Shown here in pieces: positions 14,638 through 28,280 of a stretch of 64,000 bases of DNA (position 1 is the first letter of the stretch; each line of letters starts with the position of its first letter). The DNA comes from Strigamia acuminata (lineage: Eukaryota). Below the pieces are notes generated by a model. That model worked only from the letters and a program-made list of their open reading frames with translations, was not told the origin of the DNA and ran no database searches. The stretch is taken from assembly GCA_949358305.1 (NCBI GenBank), contig OX442314.1, forward strand, positions 6,634,001 to 6,698,000, in the 5' to 3' direction. The position numbers and the translations under genes are program-made.

Positions 14638-17196
14638 GGGTCACTACAAAACACGGGGTATACCCCAAATGGGGTACCCCATGGGGTATACCCCAAAGTC
14701 CTGGAATGTGTAATAAATAAATAAAAATTACTAAAATAATTGAAATGAAAATTACAAAAAAAAAATTTAAATTACATACAAAAATATGACATTACATGTT
14801 AGAAATCACAGAAATAAATTTTTATTTCAAAATATTTTAAATCACAAAAAATTTTTTAGTTATAAAAAATTACAAAAACTTTCAAATTTGACAAAAAAAA
14901 TTAAATCACACATGAAATTTTTTAGTTATAAATAATTACAAAAACTTTCAAATTCCACAAAAAAATTTAAATCACACAAGAAATATTTTTGTAAAAAAAA
15001 TTACAAGAAATTTTTTTGTTATAAAAAATTACAAAAACTTTGAAATTGCACAATGGTGGAAAATGGATACAAACTGGAACAGAAATAAAGACTTACAAAA
15101 TTGTGAAAAGATCAGCTGAAGAGGATGATCTCATTATAAAACACAACAAAGGTGACTACAAGGTTATTCGCAGAACTTACAAAAATGGATCAGAGTTGTC
15201 ATTTAAGAAGACTCACGTTTCAGTCATAGTCAATGGAAATAACCATGATTACATTTTTGTGCGATACTACTTTTCCGGACAAGAAGTGGATGTAGAGGTT
15301 AAATCAGTCACATCAAGAATGTACCATTTATTTTTGAAAATGTCAGATGGAATTTGTTTTTGAATAAGATGGCTGCAGTCACACTTGCAATTTAATAGCA
15401 ATGGCAGTATAGTTGGGTTATCAAAACTTAGTAATTCATCTTGACAGAACTTCACTGGACTTTCTGTGATGTCAAATACCTCATTGGAAACCTACAAAAA
15501 AAATATTTGAGTAAATGATAGTTCCTTCATAAAAAATTAAAAATAATGAAAGTTCTATTGTTAATTTATTTTTTAAAATTTTTTAAAATTTAGTTTCAAA
15601 TTTTTTCAAATTTAGTTACAAATTTTTCAAATTTAGTTATAAATTTTTTCAAATTTAGTTACAAATTTTTCAAATTTAGTTACAAATTTTTCAAATTTAG
15701 TTACAAATTTTTCAAATTTAGTTACAAATTTTTCAAATTTAGTTACAAATTTTTCAAATTTAGTTACAAATTTTTCAAATTTAGTTACAAATTTTTCAAA
15801 TTTAGTTACAAATTTTTCAAATTTAGTTACAAATTTTTCAAATTTAGTTACAAATTTTTCAAATTTAGTTACAAATTTTTCAAATTTAGTTACAAATTTT
15901 TAAAATTTAGTTACAAATTTTTAAAATTTAGTTACAAATTTTTAAAATTTAGTTACAAATTTTTAAAATTTAGTTACAAATTTTTAAAATTTAGTTACAA
16001 ATTTTTAAAATTTAGTTACAAATTTTTAAAATTTAGTTTAAATAAGGAATTTTTTAAAATTTAGTTTAAATAAGGAATTTATTAAAATTTAGTTTAAATA
16101 AAGAATTTTTTAAAATTTAGTTTCATTATTTTTTCAGAATTAATCTTCATTATTTTTGTTGAATTTATTTTTATTATTTGTTTGTTTTTATTTTCAACAT
16201 TATTTTTGTTGAATTTATTTTTATTATTTGTTTGTTTTTATTTTCAACATTATTTTTGTTGAATTTATTTTTATTATTTGTTTGTTTTTATTTTCAACAT
16301 TATTTTTGTTGAATTTATTTTTATTATTTGTTTGTTTTTATTTTCAACATTATTTTTGTTGAATTTATTTTTATTATTTGTTTGTTTTTATTTTCAACAT
16401 TATTTTTGTTGAATTTATTTTTTTCTGACAATATCTTTTGAAATTATTTATTTATTGACACTTTTATTGATTTATATACACAGATATTAATTTTAATTGA
16501 CGTATGGTAAAAAGAAATTTATTTTCATCTCATTTACCTTTTTGGGAGTTGATGTCCTGATATCATCTTCATTTTCTGAACTCTATTTATAAAGATTTTT
16601 TCAGAATTAATTTTCATTGTTTTTGTTGAATGTATTTTTTAAATTTTTACTGACAATATCTTTTTAAATTATTTACTTATTGACACTTTTATTTATTTAT
16701 ATATATATCCAGATATTAATTTTAATTGACATGTGATAAAAAGAAATTTATTTTCATTTCATTTACTTTTTTAAGAAATGATGTGCTAATTTCAACTTCA
16801 TTTTCTGAACTCTACTAGTATTTATAAGATTAAATATAAACATTAGAATTTCTTTTACTAATACAGAGTAATTCGAAATAATTTTAAAATTACCTCAGCT
16901 GAAAGGTTAACAATATCCAGCTCCCGGACAGCCATGGGGACTATTATTATTGATCACTTGTGCCTGGGTTTCAAGCTACATGAAGGGTAGTTAGAAAATG
17001 TGAGACAGACAGAAACAGAAATGAAATTTTCGTTTTTTTGAATGAAAACATTTGAAATTTTTATTTTTTTTTAGAGAATAAGAATATTTTTACATAATAA
17101 TTAATAGATTTATGACTATTTGTTTATTTTTAGAACTTTGGGGTATACCCCATGGGGTACCCCATTTGGGGTACACCCCGTGTTTTGTAGTGACCC
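14638..17196. mobile_element. Mutator-like non-autonomous element with ~60-bp TIRs
   Basis: TIR GGGTCACTACAAAACACGGGGT... and its reverse complement, perfect 9-bp TSD GAAATCAAT, an internal coding-like fragment (15040-15363) and minisatellites. Confidence 0.85.
15588..16040. repeat. 20-bp minisatellite (about 22 copies), followed by a 50-bp tandem repeat at ~16150-16420
   Basis: Repeated TTTAGTTACAAATTTTTCAAA. Confidence 0.9.
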
Positions 17197-18355
17197 GAAA
17201 TCAATGGTGAACAGCTGCAGGTTTCATACCTTGTTGCAGTAGCAACTCGAATTTGTATTTGGATTAACAAAAAGTCACTTTGGACTATCGATGTCAATGG
17301 ATTGAAACTGATTGTTGAAGATTGCAGAAAGAAAGCACACGTGCGCACAGGTTACATTGAACAGTGATTTATTTCAGTTAAAACCGGGTATATATGCAAA
17401 TAAGTTTCCCCCCTACAAACACAATAACTTGACCCATTTACATAGTGGGTCACCGAAGTGACCCTGGCGACCAAAACATGGTGTCGCCTCCAATTTCCTC
17501 CAATTGGCGCGTCCCTTTAAAACGCCAGTTTTTACATACCTGTACATTTTTGTAAATGATTGTAAATTTTCTTTCGAAAATATTTTCGGACATATTCGAA
17601 AATATCGTTTTTTTTTTGTTTTTTTTTTTTAAGGGGGGGGGGGCGGCATTTTTAATGCCGGCCTCACCACAGATATTTCCTTGAAAAAAAAACGGCCCTG
17701 GTTACGGGTCATTAGTAAAGAAGAGGGGGGTTCTCAATACTGTTACGGTCAATAAAAATTTTTTTTTAATGTTTTTAAAATTAAAAATATATGCAGTTTT
17801 GACACTGATTTTTGAAAATTTTTGGGGAGATGATTTCAGTTTTATTACGTAATTAGGGGGTGGGGGTTTGGGAATTTATTACGGCTTTATTACAGAGGGA
17901 GGGAGGGGGTCTAAAATGCCCAAAATTGGCGTACACACAGGTTGACCCTAACCATGTGTGCCGCGCGTGGTTACAGGTTTGCCGCAGCAATGCAGCGGTA
18001 GCAATAGGAGAAGCATCAGATTCTGACCTCTAGACACTAAATTAAGGCTATAAACCATTAAACACAGTCTCTTGTGCTCATTTCTACGGCCAGGCATTCA
18101 TCAGTACCAAAGAGGAATCAAGAAAATTTTAATTACCGGTAACTGTTTTCTTTGCAAATTATGGCCACAAATTTTGAGTGGGATTTTGCACCACTCGTGA
18201 CACGCCTACGGGCGACAGATGAGATTTGCTCAATAATGTCTAGCCCAAACTGCAAATCATTTCAATCATTTCACCAAATGTAGCCTTTGGAAAAGTTGTG
18301 TTGGCCTTAGCTGTCACTACATTTTGCCATTGGAAACATTAGCGGCTACATCATT

Positions 18356-18908
18356 TGTGACTGGATATGGTCTTACCCATTGTAGTATGGGGATTTACCA
18401 TCTTGGGTGGGACGCATACATTACGTAATAACGAGACAGGGACTCAGATTGTTGGGTTATGGTCTTTAATCGTTGTCCAGGGGTTGGGTCACCTATCTCA
18501 CTGTGTGGCTGTGCCGACGGTAACTGACCCGTCACACACAGGACGTGACCCCCTGGGTGATGTGGTCGGTCACATCGGACGAACATTTTGCCGCACTTAC
18601 CCGTACGGCCCATGTAGCCGCTCATGGAGGCTGCAGCAAGCACATCTACCTGCACAGTGGTGAATGGTGAGAGGAGCAGAGTCAGCAGTTGTCTCTACTG
18701 TAGTTAGGACCGTGGCAGCTCACCATGGCATGTCTTCACCCTCGGCTCTCTCAGCAACGTCTCTCTCTCAGCAACGTCTCTCTCTCACCACACCACTCAG
18801 CTCCCTCCTCCCCTGCTAGGCCGGTCCACTCCCATGAGGGGGACGGCTTGGGGCCACCAGGCGGTGTGTGGAGTGAAGCAGGCCATGTAGGGTGGCCAAG
18901 CGGTCACA
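18356..18908. mobile_element. Solo LTR (553 bp), complete copy of the small family
   Basis: TGTGAC...GTCACA with perfect TSD CATT. The empty site is visible in the related repeat at ~12965. Confidence 0.85.
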
Positions 18909-19306
18909 CATTTTAACATTTGCCATTGGCCAGAACAACCACAGTGCCTAATGGAAAAATTTTATTTTATTTCATTTTGCCAAACGGGAAACGTTTTCCA
19001 AGGCGACATTTGGTAAAAGCACAGCCTAAGGGTGACTTTTGGGGTGTCGCCCTTACGCATGATGTAACAATTAGATGGATAATTTTTTTGCTCTTATTAT
19101 TTCATTGCAAACATACTTACTTGTTAGGAATGACCCCTGAATTCATTTTTGCAATTGTGACAAAATATGGCTATAAATGCCTGATTACCCACCAGAAGGT
19201 GCTGTTGCGCCATTGTGGTGGTATTTTAGGTGTATTTGCTGTAAAACTAATAAAAGCCTTGAATAAAGTTATTTATGCTGTCTAAGTCGAAAGTATGTTG
19301 TATTAA

Positions 19307-19709
19307 CCTTCCCATAGCCATGGTGTTTACTACACATGTACAGCCATGGTCGGTCATTTCTGCCTTCTTTTAAAAAATCCTTCTGCACATGTGCAAAATC
19401 ACATTTTTCCTGGTGCAATCGCATTTTTATTGGTAAAAGCACATGTTTTAGGACTAATTTTAATACGCCACCTAGTGCAAACAGATGGCTAAGTGGTCTA
19501 TGGCGCTCCCATTAAGGGTGTTTTATGTTATAAATATTAAATTATCTTAATAATAATTGAAAAACTATTTGTATTTAGACAATATAAAATAAGAAAAAAA
19601 AGTTTTTGAGGAATAAAAGTTAACCTCATTAATTAATTTTCAAGAAAAAAAAATTACAGGGATTTTTCCACTTCTGTAATTTTTTTGACCCACCATGGCT
19701 ATGGGAAGG
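19307..19709. mobile_element. piggyBac-type MITE
   Basis: Perfect 19-bp TIR CCTTCCCATAGCCATGGTG and TTAA TSD on both sides. Confidence 0.85.
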
Positions 19710-19736
19710 TTAATAAATATTAAATGGCATTACTTC

Positions 19737-21454
19737 GTGATATCAAAGTATCACGACCAAAGTTACGAAGATTCATCTGCTCAAAACCGCATTAGTCAAT
19801 GCGCAATGTTGCCACTAGATGGCGCGATGGCAATTTAGCGGTAAATACAAAATGCGGAATTATATGAATAACACCATATATATTAAAGAATTGTTTTATA
19901 TATTCACGTGAATTATTCAACATAACAATAATATAAAGTTATATTATTGTATTATACGAACGAGAGAAGAATCTGTCCCATTCTTGGAAATGTGACAAAA
20001 CACAGATTAAAGGATTAATGCGTGACTTGGAAATGTGTCCTGGGTATCCACTTCCGGTCCCCGGTATCCATTTCCGGTCCCCGGTATCCATTTCCGGTTT
20101 ATGCTAAAGGATTAGCATAATTTGAACTTTGCATCTCTGTATCCATTTCTTGCGATACGGGATTGGTGGAACTTAATCCCACCAAGTATATAACCTCCTG
20201 TCAACAGGAAGTTAGTCAGTTGTAAAAGTTATAAGTATTTGTCTGGTTATTTGATTATGGTCATGTCAAATAACTGTCTCTTTGCAACTCGAGCATGGTT
20301 CTGCTGAACCATGCAACCCCCGTCAATTGAAGGCGAAGGTCGGGATGCTTATGTTTCCGTCAACGGTCTCGCCGAGAAGAAAAGCCTCTCGCTAAAAAGT
20401 ATTCTTCGTGGTCGAACAATAGAGCCATGTGCGGTACCAAAGTATTCAGTAACCGTCAGTAGCACTGTTACTGTAATGATTGACTCCAACACCTGATGGT
20501 GCCAACACAGTCTGCATGCAAAACATGTAGTTACCGCCAGTAGCACCAAGTGTTTGGGAACGCTAATTTCTTCGGTAGTGGTGCCAAAGCAATCTGTTTA
20601 TCAGTAGTACTTCGTGTGGTTAATTCTGTTGTGCGGGGCTGCGAGCCATACCCCCCTGAGTACCAGTACAGTCTCTCACCGTACTGTTACTTAGGGCACG
20701 CGCGATACGGCTCCACTCGACAAGGCGAAACTTATGACGGCAACTGTGTGTTGTGACGATTAACCTTAAATTCAATTGTAGCTAATATAAAATTCAATTG
20801 TTTAACTTGAAGCCAAGTTAACAACCGAAATAAGTTACGAGACTTATTTATTTTATGGCGAATCAATTCGTAACAATAAATTGGAAACAATTTATTAATC
20901 AAATCAGTTAAAAACATTTAACTCACAACAACACAAATTAAATATAATTCGTAAGCGGAACCTTGGTGACCAAATGGCTTCATTTGGTCAAACCAATGTC
21001 CAACCTAAGTTGTGGCGGTGCACATGAGTCAACCGCACCTCTCGGGTCAAACCCTCGATGCATTACACGACACGAACCAGTTACACGATACGAACCAGGA
21101 ACGCGAAGCCGACGGAAGCCACGAGGACACAGCCAGCCCGGCTAGCGATGACATCTATAACCTTCGGTCGAGCGGGCGTTCTGCCGTTCCCGAATCCAGT
21201 GATCCAAGAAATCGTAATGATATTATTTTAGAGCGGTTTGGCTACTTTGTGTATAGTTTAACTTGTATTCTTAACTTGCCAAATGTCGGCATTAGTCATT
21301 TGTATAACATTTATTCTTGATTATATGGTTTGATAACAATAAATGTATTGTTTTGATAACTCTGTTGTCTTTATTATCTCATATAATGATCACTATTCAC
21401 GCGACTTATACCCGGTACTATCATGCAATAGGAGTTGTGGTCGTCACCGTCACA
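19737..21454 (+). mobile_element. Solo LTR of the large gypsy family (left end approximate)
   Basis: Collinear similarity to 845-2602 and 2735-4383. Ends GGTCGTCACCGTCACA. Confidence 0.75.
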
Positions 21455-21544
21455 CAGTTAAAAATTCAATTTGCATTCATCAGAACCTCAAAAACTTTTT
21501 AAAATGCATTCGTCACGACTGTTAATCCCCACCAATGGCGTCGG

Positions 21545-22290
21545 CAAATCAGAGCGCTGGGCCACTACAAGGCCTTAAAATACATCGTAAGAACAGAGAA
21601 ATTTAAATATACAATCCAATTAGGCCTATACTGTATAAATTGGAAAATATTATTTACATAAACGAGGCGATATTTGCTTCCAATTTAAACTAACAGTTAT
21701 TGATTTGTAATTACAGAAATGACATCAATGATCCGCAGAAAGACAGTAATGGCCGCCAATGTACAAAGAAACACATCATCCCAACGGACCAAGCACGACT
21801 GAAATCTCGCTAGGATGTCTTTAGATTGCCATAATACCGATACTATCGATTCCCCGGCAGAAAATACACCAAAAACGTGTGTCATTCGATTTTTTGTTCT
21901 GCTCAAATTCTAATCCAGTCCGATATAGGTGTCAAGCAGAAAACAATCGCCTCTGCGAAGCGATTCGTGAAACGTGGCCAGAAACCGAACAAAGAAACCT
22001 CTGATCTCCAAACCAACGACGTTAAGTAATTTCCTTCTCACTGAATGGACTTATTAATGTTTAAAATTATTTTTTATTCTGCCGTATATAAAAGTAGGGT
22101 GGTCATTTTAAATTTATTCTAAAAACAAACGAAAAAAACCGATTTTAATTTTCATGCATTAAAATAAACGTAAGACGTTTTCGTCGCAAAACATGTGTTT
22201 AATTCGATTATCAAGTATAAATATAATATACAGTAATGCAAAATGGATACACCAGTAGGTTACAAGATTAAAATATTTAATAAACTGTGG
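21545..22290 (+). repeat. Dispersed repeat, also at ~57580-58757 and diverged/inverted at ~56020-56890
   Basis: Shared AATCAGAGCGCTGGGCCAC...ATGGCCGCCAATGTACAAAG...AAACATGTGTTTAATTC blocks. Confidence 0.75.
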
Positions 22291-23270
22291 TGTCGCTAAG
22301 GGGGGATGCAACTTCTAGTGCAATTAATCTTAATCCGTCCAAATGTTTTACCTACTGTTCTTGATTTTTGAAGTTTAACCCCATACAATAAGTTCATTCG
22401 TTGAAATGTTAACCCAATGTGCACAGACACATTTCTTATTTCTCTCACCACAGACCAATACTCATAGCAAACGCGACAAAAAACAGTAACAACAATTTCC
22501 AGTGGCACTCCTGCTCAATGCCACTCTGTTAATTTTTTTTGGTCAATTTTAGACCAGTTTAAATTTGATGATGATTGTAATGTAAAATTCAAACAACATG
22601 TGCTTTCCAGACGAAACAAGCAATAAACTTAACACACATCCATTTTAAAATAAAAACAACATAAAACTATATTTTTAAAATAGAAAATATATTTGATTCC
22701 AGAATAACATTTAATGTATATAATTTCAACCATTATTATTCTGGAATAGACTAAAAATCATAAGGAACTACTTTTCCTCGTAGCAATAGTTCAACTGCAG
22801 TTCTGAGTAATTGGACTAGGCCAATGGGAGCCCAGCTTCCAGGGCTCCTTTTGAATGTGGAACGAGTATAGTGAAATCTTTATAATAACGATTTTTGCTC
22901 GTGCATGTCAAACTAACAATTTGTGTTGATTCAATACATACTTTTGTGTAATTACGACATGAAATGTTCTTTTGTGCATTAACGAGCTTTAATGAGCACT
23001 ATTTTAGGGCCTCATTGTGAGTGGAAAGTACGATGTGTAAAGTTCGTAGGGAGTTAAAAGGGCACACAAAAAATCGGACTGGGCGCTGATAGACCCGGAG
23101 ACAAACTCAGACTTGACAATAATGATTTTTGCTGGTGGATGTTAAACAAACAATTCGTGATGATTAAATATACATTTATTTTTTAATCTGTGACAAAAGC
23201 AATTTTAAATATTCTTATATGTGCTTAGCTAATATTAGTAATATTTTATTTACACACATTAGAGTGTAAA

Positions 23271-26200
23271 TCAACGACCCATCTCACGATCCCGATACCA
23301 ATTATAAGTTTTTAAAATCCAATCGTACAAAGAGAGTAGTGACATTCCCAGACCTAGTCCTACAATGCTACCAAAATCGCTTAAGAATTGAGATATTGGA
23401 TACGCTTGTTTATCTTCTAAAATCTCAACAAAGCTATCAGTAAATCGGAATATTAGTATTGGGACTTTATCTCCTGGCAGTTTATTCTCCCAAAAATTGG
23501 TTTCGTATAAAGTAACTTGGCAAGGTTGTTTACATTTGCATTGTTTTTGATTCGAGTCAAGGTTGCTTAAATACGTGAAATGAGCGGTAGTTACGGCACC
23601 TGTAGTGTTACAAACTGGCCAATTAGGTTTTCCCATGTATGGTAATCTAAAACAAAGAGGAGATTGGTCAAAGATGCAAATGGTTGCAGTTTATCTGCCG
23701 AATTGGGATAGGTGTTTTTTGAACAGATTCAATCTGGTGATGCAGCAAATGAATCTTTAATCGCTGTCATGTCAAAACATGCTTGCAAATTTGTTTGTGG
23801 TTAATGATAGTGCATTGACCCATTGCTAACTTATAACTGGTCGCGGATTAGCACATCAGTCAATGTTTAGAAAAGCAAAAATGAAAATGGATGTGATAAA
23901 ATAATAGCTGCTGTATGAAAAGAAATGAAACATCTGAACTATACCTGCACTTAACACCTCGAAATAGATTGTTCTGCCAGCAAGCACTTTTACAGTTGAG
24001 GTAAGCACTTTTGTTCTCTTCACATGGATCGCGCTTTGTATTTCTTCGTATGATCTATTTCGCAAAAGGAATCTTAGTATGAGCATTTATATAATTAATT
24101 TCATTTTCTACCTGAAACTCTCGAAGTACTACTTCGTTGACACACGCATAGTTTACGGTCAACGGTGCCAAAATGTTAACTTCCTCTTCCCGATTATTTA
24201 TGATTAGCTGCGTGTTATTATAATCCAAAATATTTATATTAATAATTACTACTGTATGTGCACAAAATTTATTTTTTCTATTTTTCTATTCACAATTAGG
24301 AATACATGTGTATCCAAACCAAACACGAACCATTTTAACATCTTTTTTCAACTTTTTATGCTACTTTGTGCATGAATAAATAGACTTTCTCGTTATCTCA
24401 TTTAAGATTGATGCTTAAAAAAACACCGAGACTGTAAATTTATCGCATTATATTTTGGTTGTAAAATTTCAGGTGATTTCGAGTGAAAATATTTTTGTAC
24501 ACACCTTTAGCTGCGTATCACAAGCTTCTGAAGGAGTTAGATATCTACTAAACGTAATGAAAAGCTTAGTGATTTTGGTGCTTGTTTTATCTGTAAGACA
24601 GCGAAAAGGTCATAATTAATTTTCCAACTCGTCTGCAAGAAAGCAATTTTTAAAGTTAAATAATTCTGTGAAAAAAAGAAAAATTGAAAAATCTCAAAAT
24701 TCAAAAGCAAACTTTTTGAATACAGCCATTAATTAACTAAAATCACAAATTAATGTTGTATATTACCTTTTCTTATTTGTGAACAATTACCAAATGGAAG
24801 TGAAATAAGATTAGTTGATATTACCTGTAAACATAAAACTTTTATTGTTTGGTTTTTGTTTGAGGAATATGACTTATTATAGTTACATCATTCACAATAT
24901 GGTCGATAGCCACCGTTTCATCGATATTAAGCGATTCCCAGATGTTTTGCAATGACAAATTGCGGTTGAACAATTGCCAGGGTGATATGTTGCCACAGGT
25001 TTTATTGGGTTGTTTAAGTAAGTGTAATCGAGCTTTGCGAATTTCTTCATTACTTTTTTCACCACAAACTGTGACAAAAGGAAATTCGGTGTAGCGTCGT
25101 TGACTTATTCGAACGATTGTTGTGCCCGGTTCATTGAGGTAGTAATTGACACGAATGTGCAAGCAATACAAAGTAAATCCTGCAACAACTAATACGAATA
25201 TTAACTTCAACTTTTTTAAGACTGTATATATTTTGGTTTGCTCCTGAGTTTCATCAACTTTTTTTTTGCACATTTCATACAGACGCCTAATCTTATTGAC
25301 GGATCTTTTTTGGTGAATGTTTGATGCAACATAATATAAATACCAAATGATGTCAGGTAATGAGATTACGGATAGTCCGATAAACAAGCCCAGATTGCCT
25401 CCTAAATCTGATAATAAGGCAATAACATCATATGAGTACCGTTCTTCATAAACAGTGACTTTCTCATTAGTTATTGCTAATGATAAACTCATTGTTTTAT
25501 TATTTTTAGGTATGCCTAAATCAGTATGTGGTGTAAAAGTTATATGTTGACAAGGATGTTCACATCCGCAATCAGCAATTGGTTCTGCAAATATAACGAA
25601 GTCCTTAACATCATGATACGTCTGATTTGTATCATCTGCAAATTTGCAAAGTGGCAAATCTAGCTTCATGAACGGAAATCTTGTATAGAATATATTTAAT
25701 TAGCTGATTAATTGTGATACCAAACAAGAAGCATTTTCACCACATGTTCTTACCTGCATGTTAGCTTTTTAAATTCGTTAAGTAAGCAATTCCGATAGCA
25801 TTCTCTGTATTCGTCTTCGTTAGAGCATGAACTGATCGGTGAATTTTGCAATATGAACTACAAATGAAAACATTAAAAAGTGTTGCCCAGGAATTTCAAG
25901 TATTTAGGTAAAACCTTACTTTGTTATAACTAAAATTTATTTTTAATGTCGAACCAGGATACATCCGTGATAAAATAAAGTGATTTCCAACGTTACTGAA
26001 TGTCAGGTAAATCTTAGGGCAAAGAAGAAAGAATTAATGTAGCAATTGCTATTGTAATTTAATTAAATTACCCAATAATCAGGGTTATTGCATATCAAGT
26101 CGTAATTTTTTTGATAATTCACTTGCAGTAATTTTCCGACAAATAATTTGCTAGAAGCTTTAGCTATATCAATGCATAATATTGGTGTAACAATAAAGGT

Positions 26201-26871
26201 TGTGATAAATGCTCGTTTGTAGTTACCAAATCGAAATGTTGAGCATATTCCTAATCCACTGTCAGTTTCCGTCTGAACAACAGAAGTATTTGAATATCCC
26301 TATGCAAATATAGTTTAAATTGTGATTTTTAACTGAATTTCTCTATTGTTTTTTTTTTAATTTAAATTTTTACTTTCATTTTTAGACTGTCGATGTCATC
26401 AGTATTGTTAGTTGCTTTCCAAAGTGTATCCATATCGTAAGTTGGATTTTTAATGATCATTAGTGCTTCGAGCATGTCATCGCATGAAATGGATTCTGAT
26501 GTTTGTTTATTTGCTATAAGAGTTTCTTCCCAAAGCCTATTAATTTTCTTTGTATCTGAACTACAGACCATTAAGTCGGGTAAAGTAACATTTTCTGATC
26601 TACTCATTACGTCGACAGCTGTAGGATAACTGAAGTAACACGTTATTCTGTCGTATATCTGATATGTGAGCATGCACATGCAAAATGTGAATAAAAGCAG
26701 CCAAAGGATGTGATGTTTGCTCCTCCAACGATTCCTACTGTTTACGAAATCATCCAGACCTATTAAACTGCAGTTCGGTTTACTGGCATCATCTTTCATC
26801 ATTAGTTGAATTGCAGAACGTAGTTTGCTTAATCTTAGCATATTTCTTCTCAACAAGTGATTACCCTGCAT
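23271..26871 (-). CDS. Tandem two-domain DEG/ENaC (ASIC/pickpocket-like) channel, paralog B, 11 exons, about 792 aa
   Basis: Exons 26871-26374, 26299-26227, 26163-26072, 26012-25920, 25857-25754, 25679-24887, 24824-24767, 24590-24505, 24207-24112, 24054-23945, 23646-23271. All introns are GT-AG with compatible phases and no stops. Motifs: YFSYPT, LPDLMVC, Cys-rich thumb, LLSDLGGNLGLFIGLS, then a second TM1/FPFVTVC, second thumb and FLSDFGSIVGLGLGMS. Confidence 0.88.
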
Positions 26872-27348
26872 TATATTTATGCAGTTCCTGTAATTGGGGC
26901 CAGACCTGAGCTGAGTTTAGACTTTCAACCAACAATCGTCACCTGATGCTTGGAGAAATTGTTTTTCAAAACTATACGAGAGTTTCTCTGTTTGGTGTTG
27001 TATCCTTGAGCTAACAAGGCAACTATGCTCTTTATTTACCGTTAACTACAAAATTGATCCGTGTTTTTATTCCCTAGTAACGCCGCATGTAAAACTCATA
27101 AAATTATCCAAGCAGCAAGAATATTGATATACCGTAACATTCCATTGATTTAGAAAGTAGCAGTTTACAGTAAGTGTTGGATCTAACCTGATTAAAAGCT
27201 CCTCTTGTGTATAGACACCCAAGTAAGAACAGGACCCAAATGACATGTTTTGAATTGAAAGAATGGGTGCTGAAAACTGAGATCTCTTTATTACATTCTG
27301 TCCTTTCAATAAGAGAAATGCTTTCTAGAGACAATGATATAACGGTTA

Positions 27349-27858
27349 TGTGACTGCTTGGCCACCCAAGGGTCACCAGCGTCACTGCCACACACTGCTC
27401 AATGGCCCTAAGGTCATCCCTCCTCACGTAGTAGTATGACCCAGCATAGGGAAGGAAGGAGCTGAGTGGTGAGAAGAGAGAGTGAGAGAGAAGAGCACTC
27501 AGTCTCAACCGAGACAGGTGTGTGCAAAATAAGGTCCTGGAGCCAGCAAGGGCAGTCGTGCTCTGTGCTGACTCACCATTCACCACTGCGATGCTCAGTA
27601 GTGTGATGTTGGATCCACTACAGCCTCCCTGAGCATTTGCATGGGCCGTACTGGTGAGTACGGCAGAATAGTGATGTCCAACAGGCCACGTCATCCATGG
27701 GTCTCTCACCCTGTCTATGACGGGTCGGTCCATAAACAATGGATTAAAGGCCACCAACTAACAATCTGGAATGCCTGTCTAATTATGTACGTGAGTAAGC
27801 AGCCTATACCATGGTAACCAGTCCCCAGGCAGCCATGGTGAAAACCATACCAGTCACA
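27349..27858. mobile_element. Solo LTR, small family
   Basis: TGTGAC...GTCACA with TSD GTTA/GTTG. Confidence 0.75.
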
Positions 27859-28280
27859 GTTGCATCACTGGAAACTGACTTATCAAATTCACTTAAGCGC
27901 AGATCTGCAGATGGGGTCGTGGGAGTTTCTCAGGGCCGGGTCTCGTTGGGCAAAGAATGGGCCGCATCTCACACATCAATGTGTAAACTATCCCAAAAGA
28001 CAGCTGGCTTTGAAAACAAAATGGCGGACCCGCTGGTCCGCGACACACACGCTTGCTTGTTTAAATTCAAAGTAACTTTATTCAACAATACACTGGGTTT
28101 AAATAGTTCGATCGTCCGCTCCTATTGGCTGTTATAACAAAACGTTTATCGGACGTATCGACAATACGTCCGAACGCCCTCTGGCGACATGTTGTCGCCC
28201 GTCCTCTGTCTCAAACCCGAAAAACTCCACAAATGCATTTAAATGAGGTACACACGGCGGTTAAAATACAACTTTGAACA

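Larger units (their letters stand above)
13185..17700. mobile_element. hAT-like non-autonomous DNA transposon carrying nested insertions
   Basis: TIR CAGGGCCGTT...AACGGCCCTG with 8-bp TSD GTTACCGG/GTTACGGG. An additional internal right end lies at 13338-13347. Confidence 0.7.
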
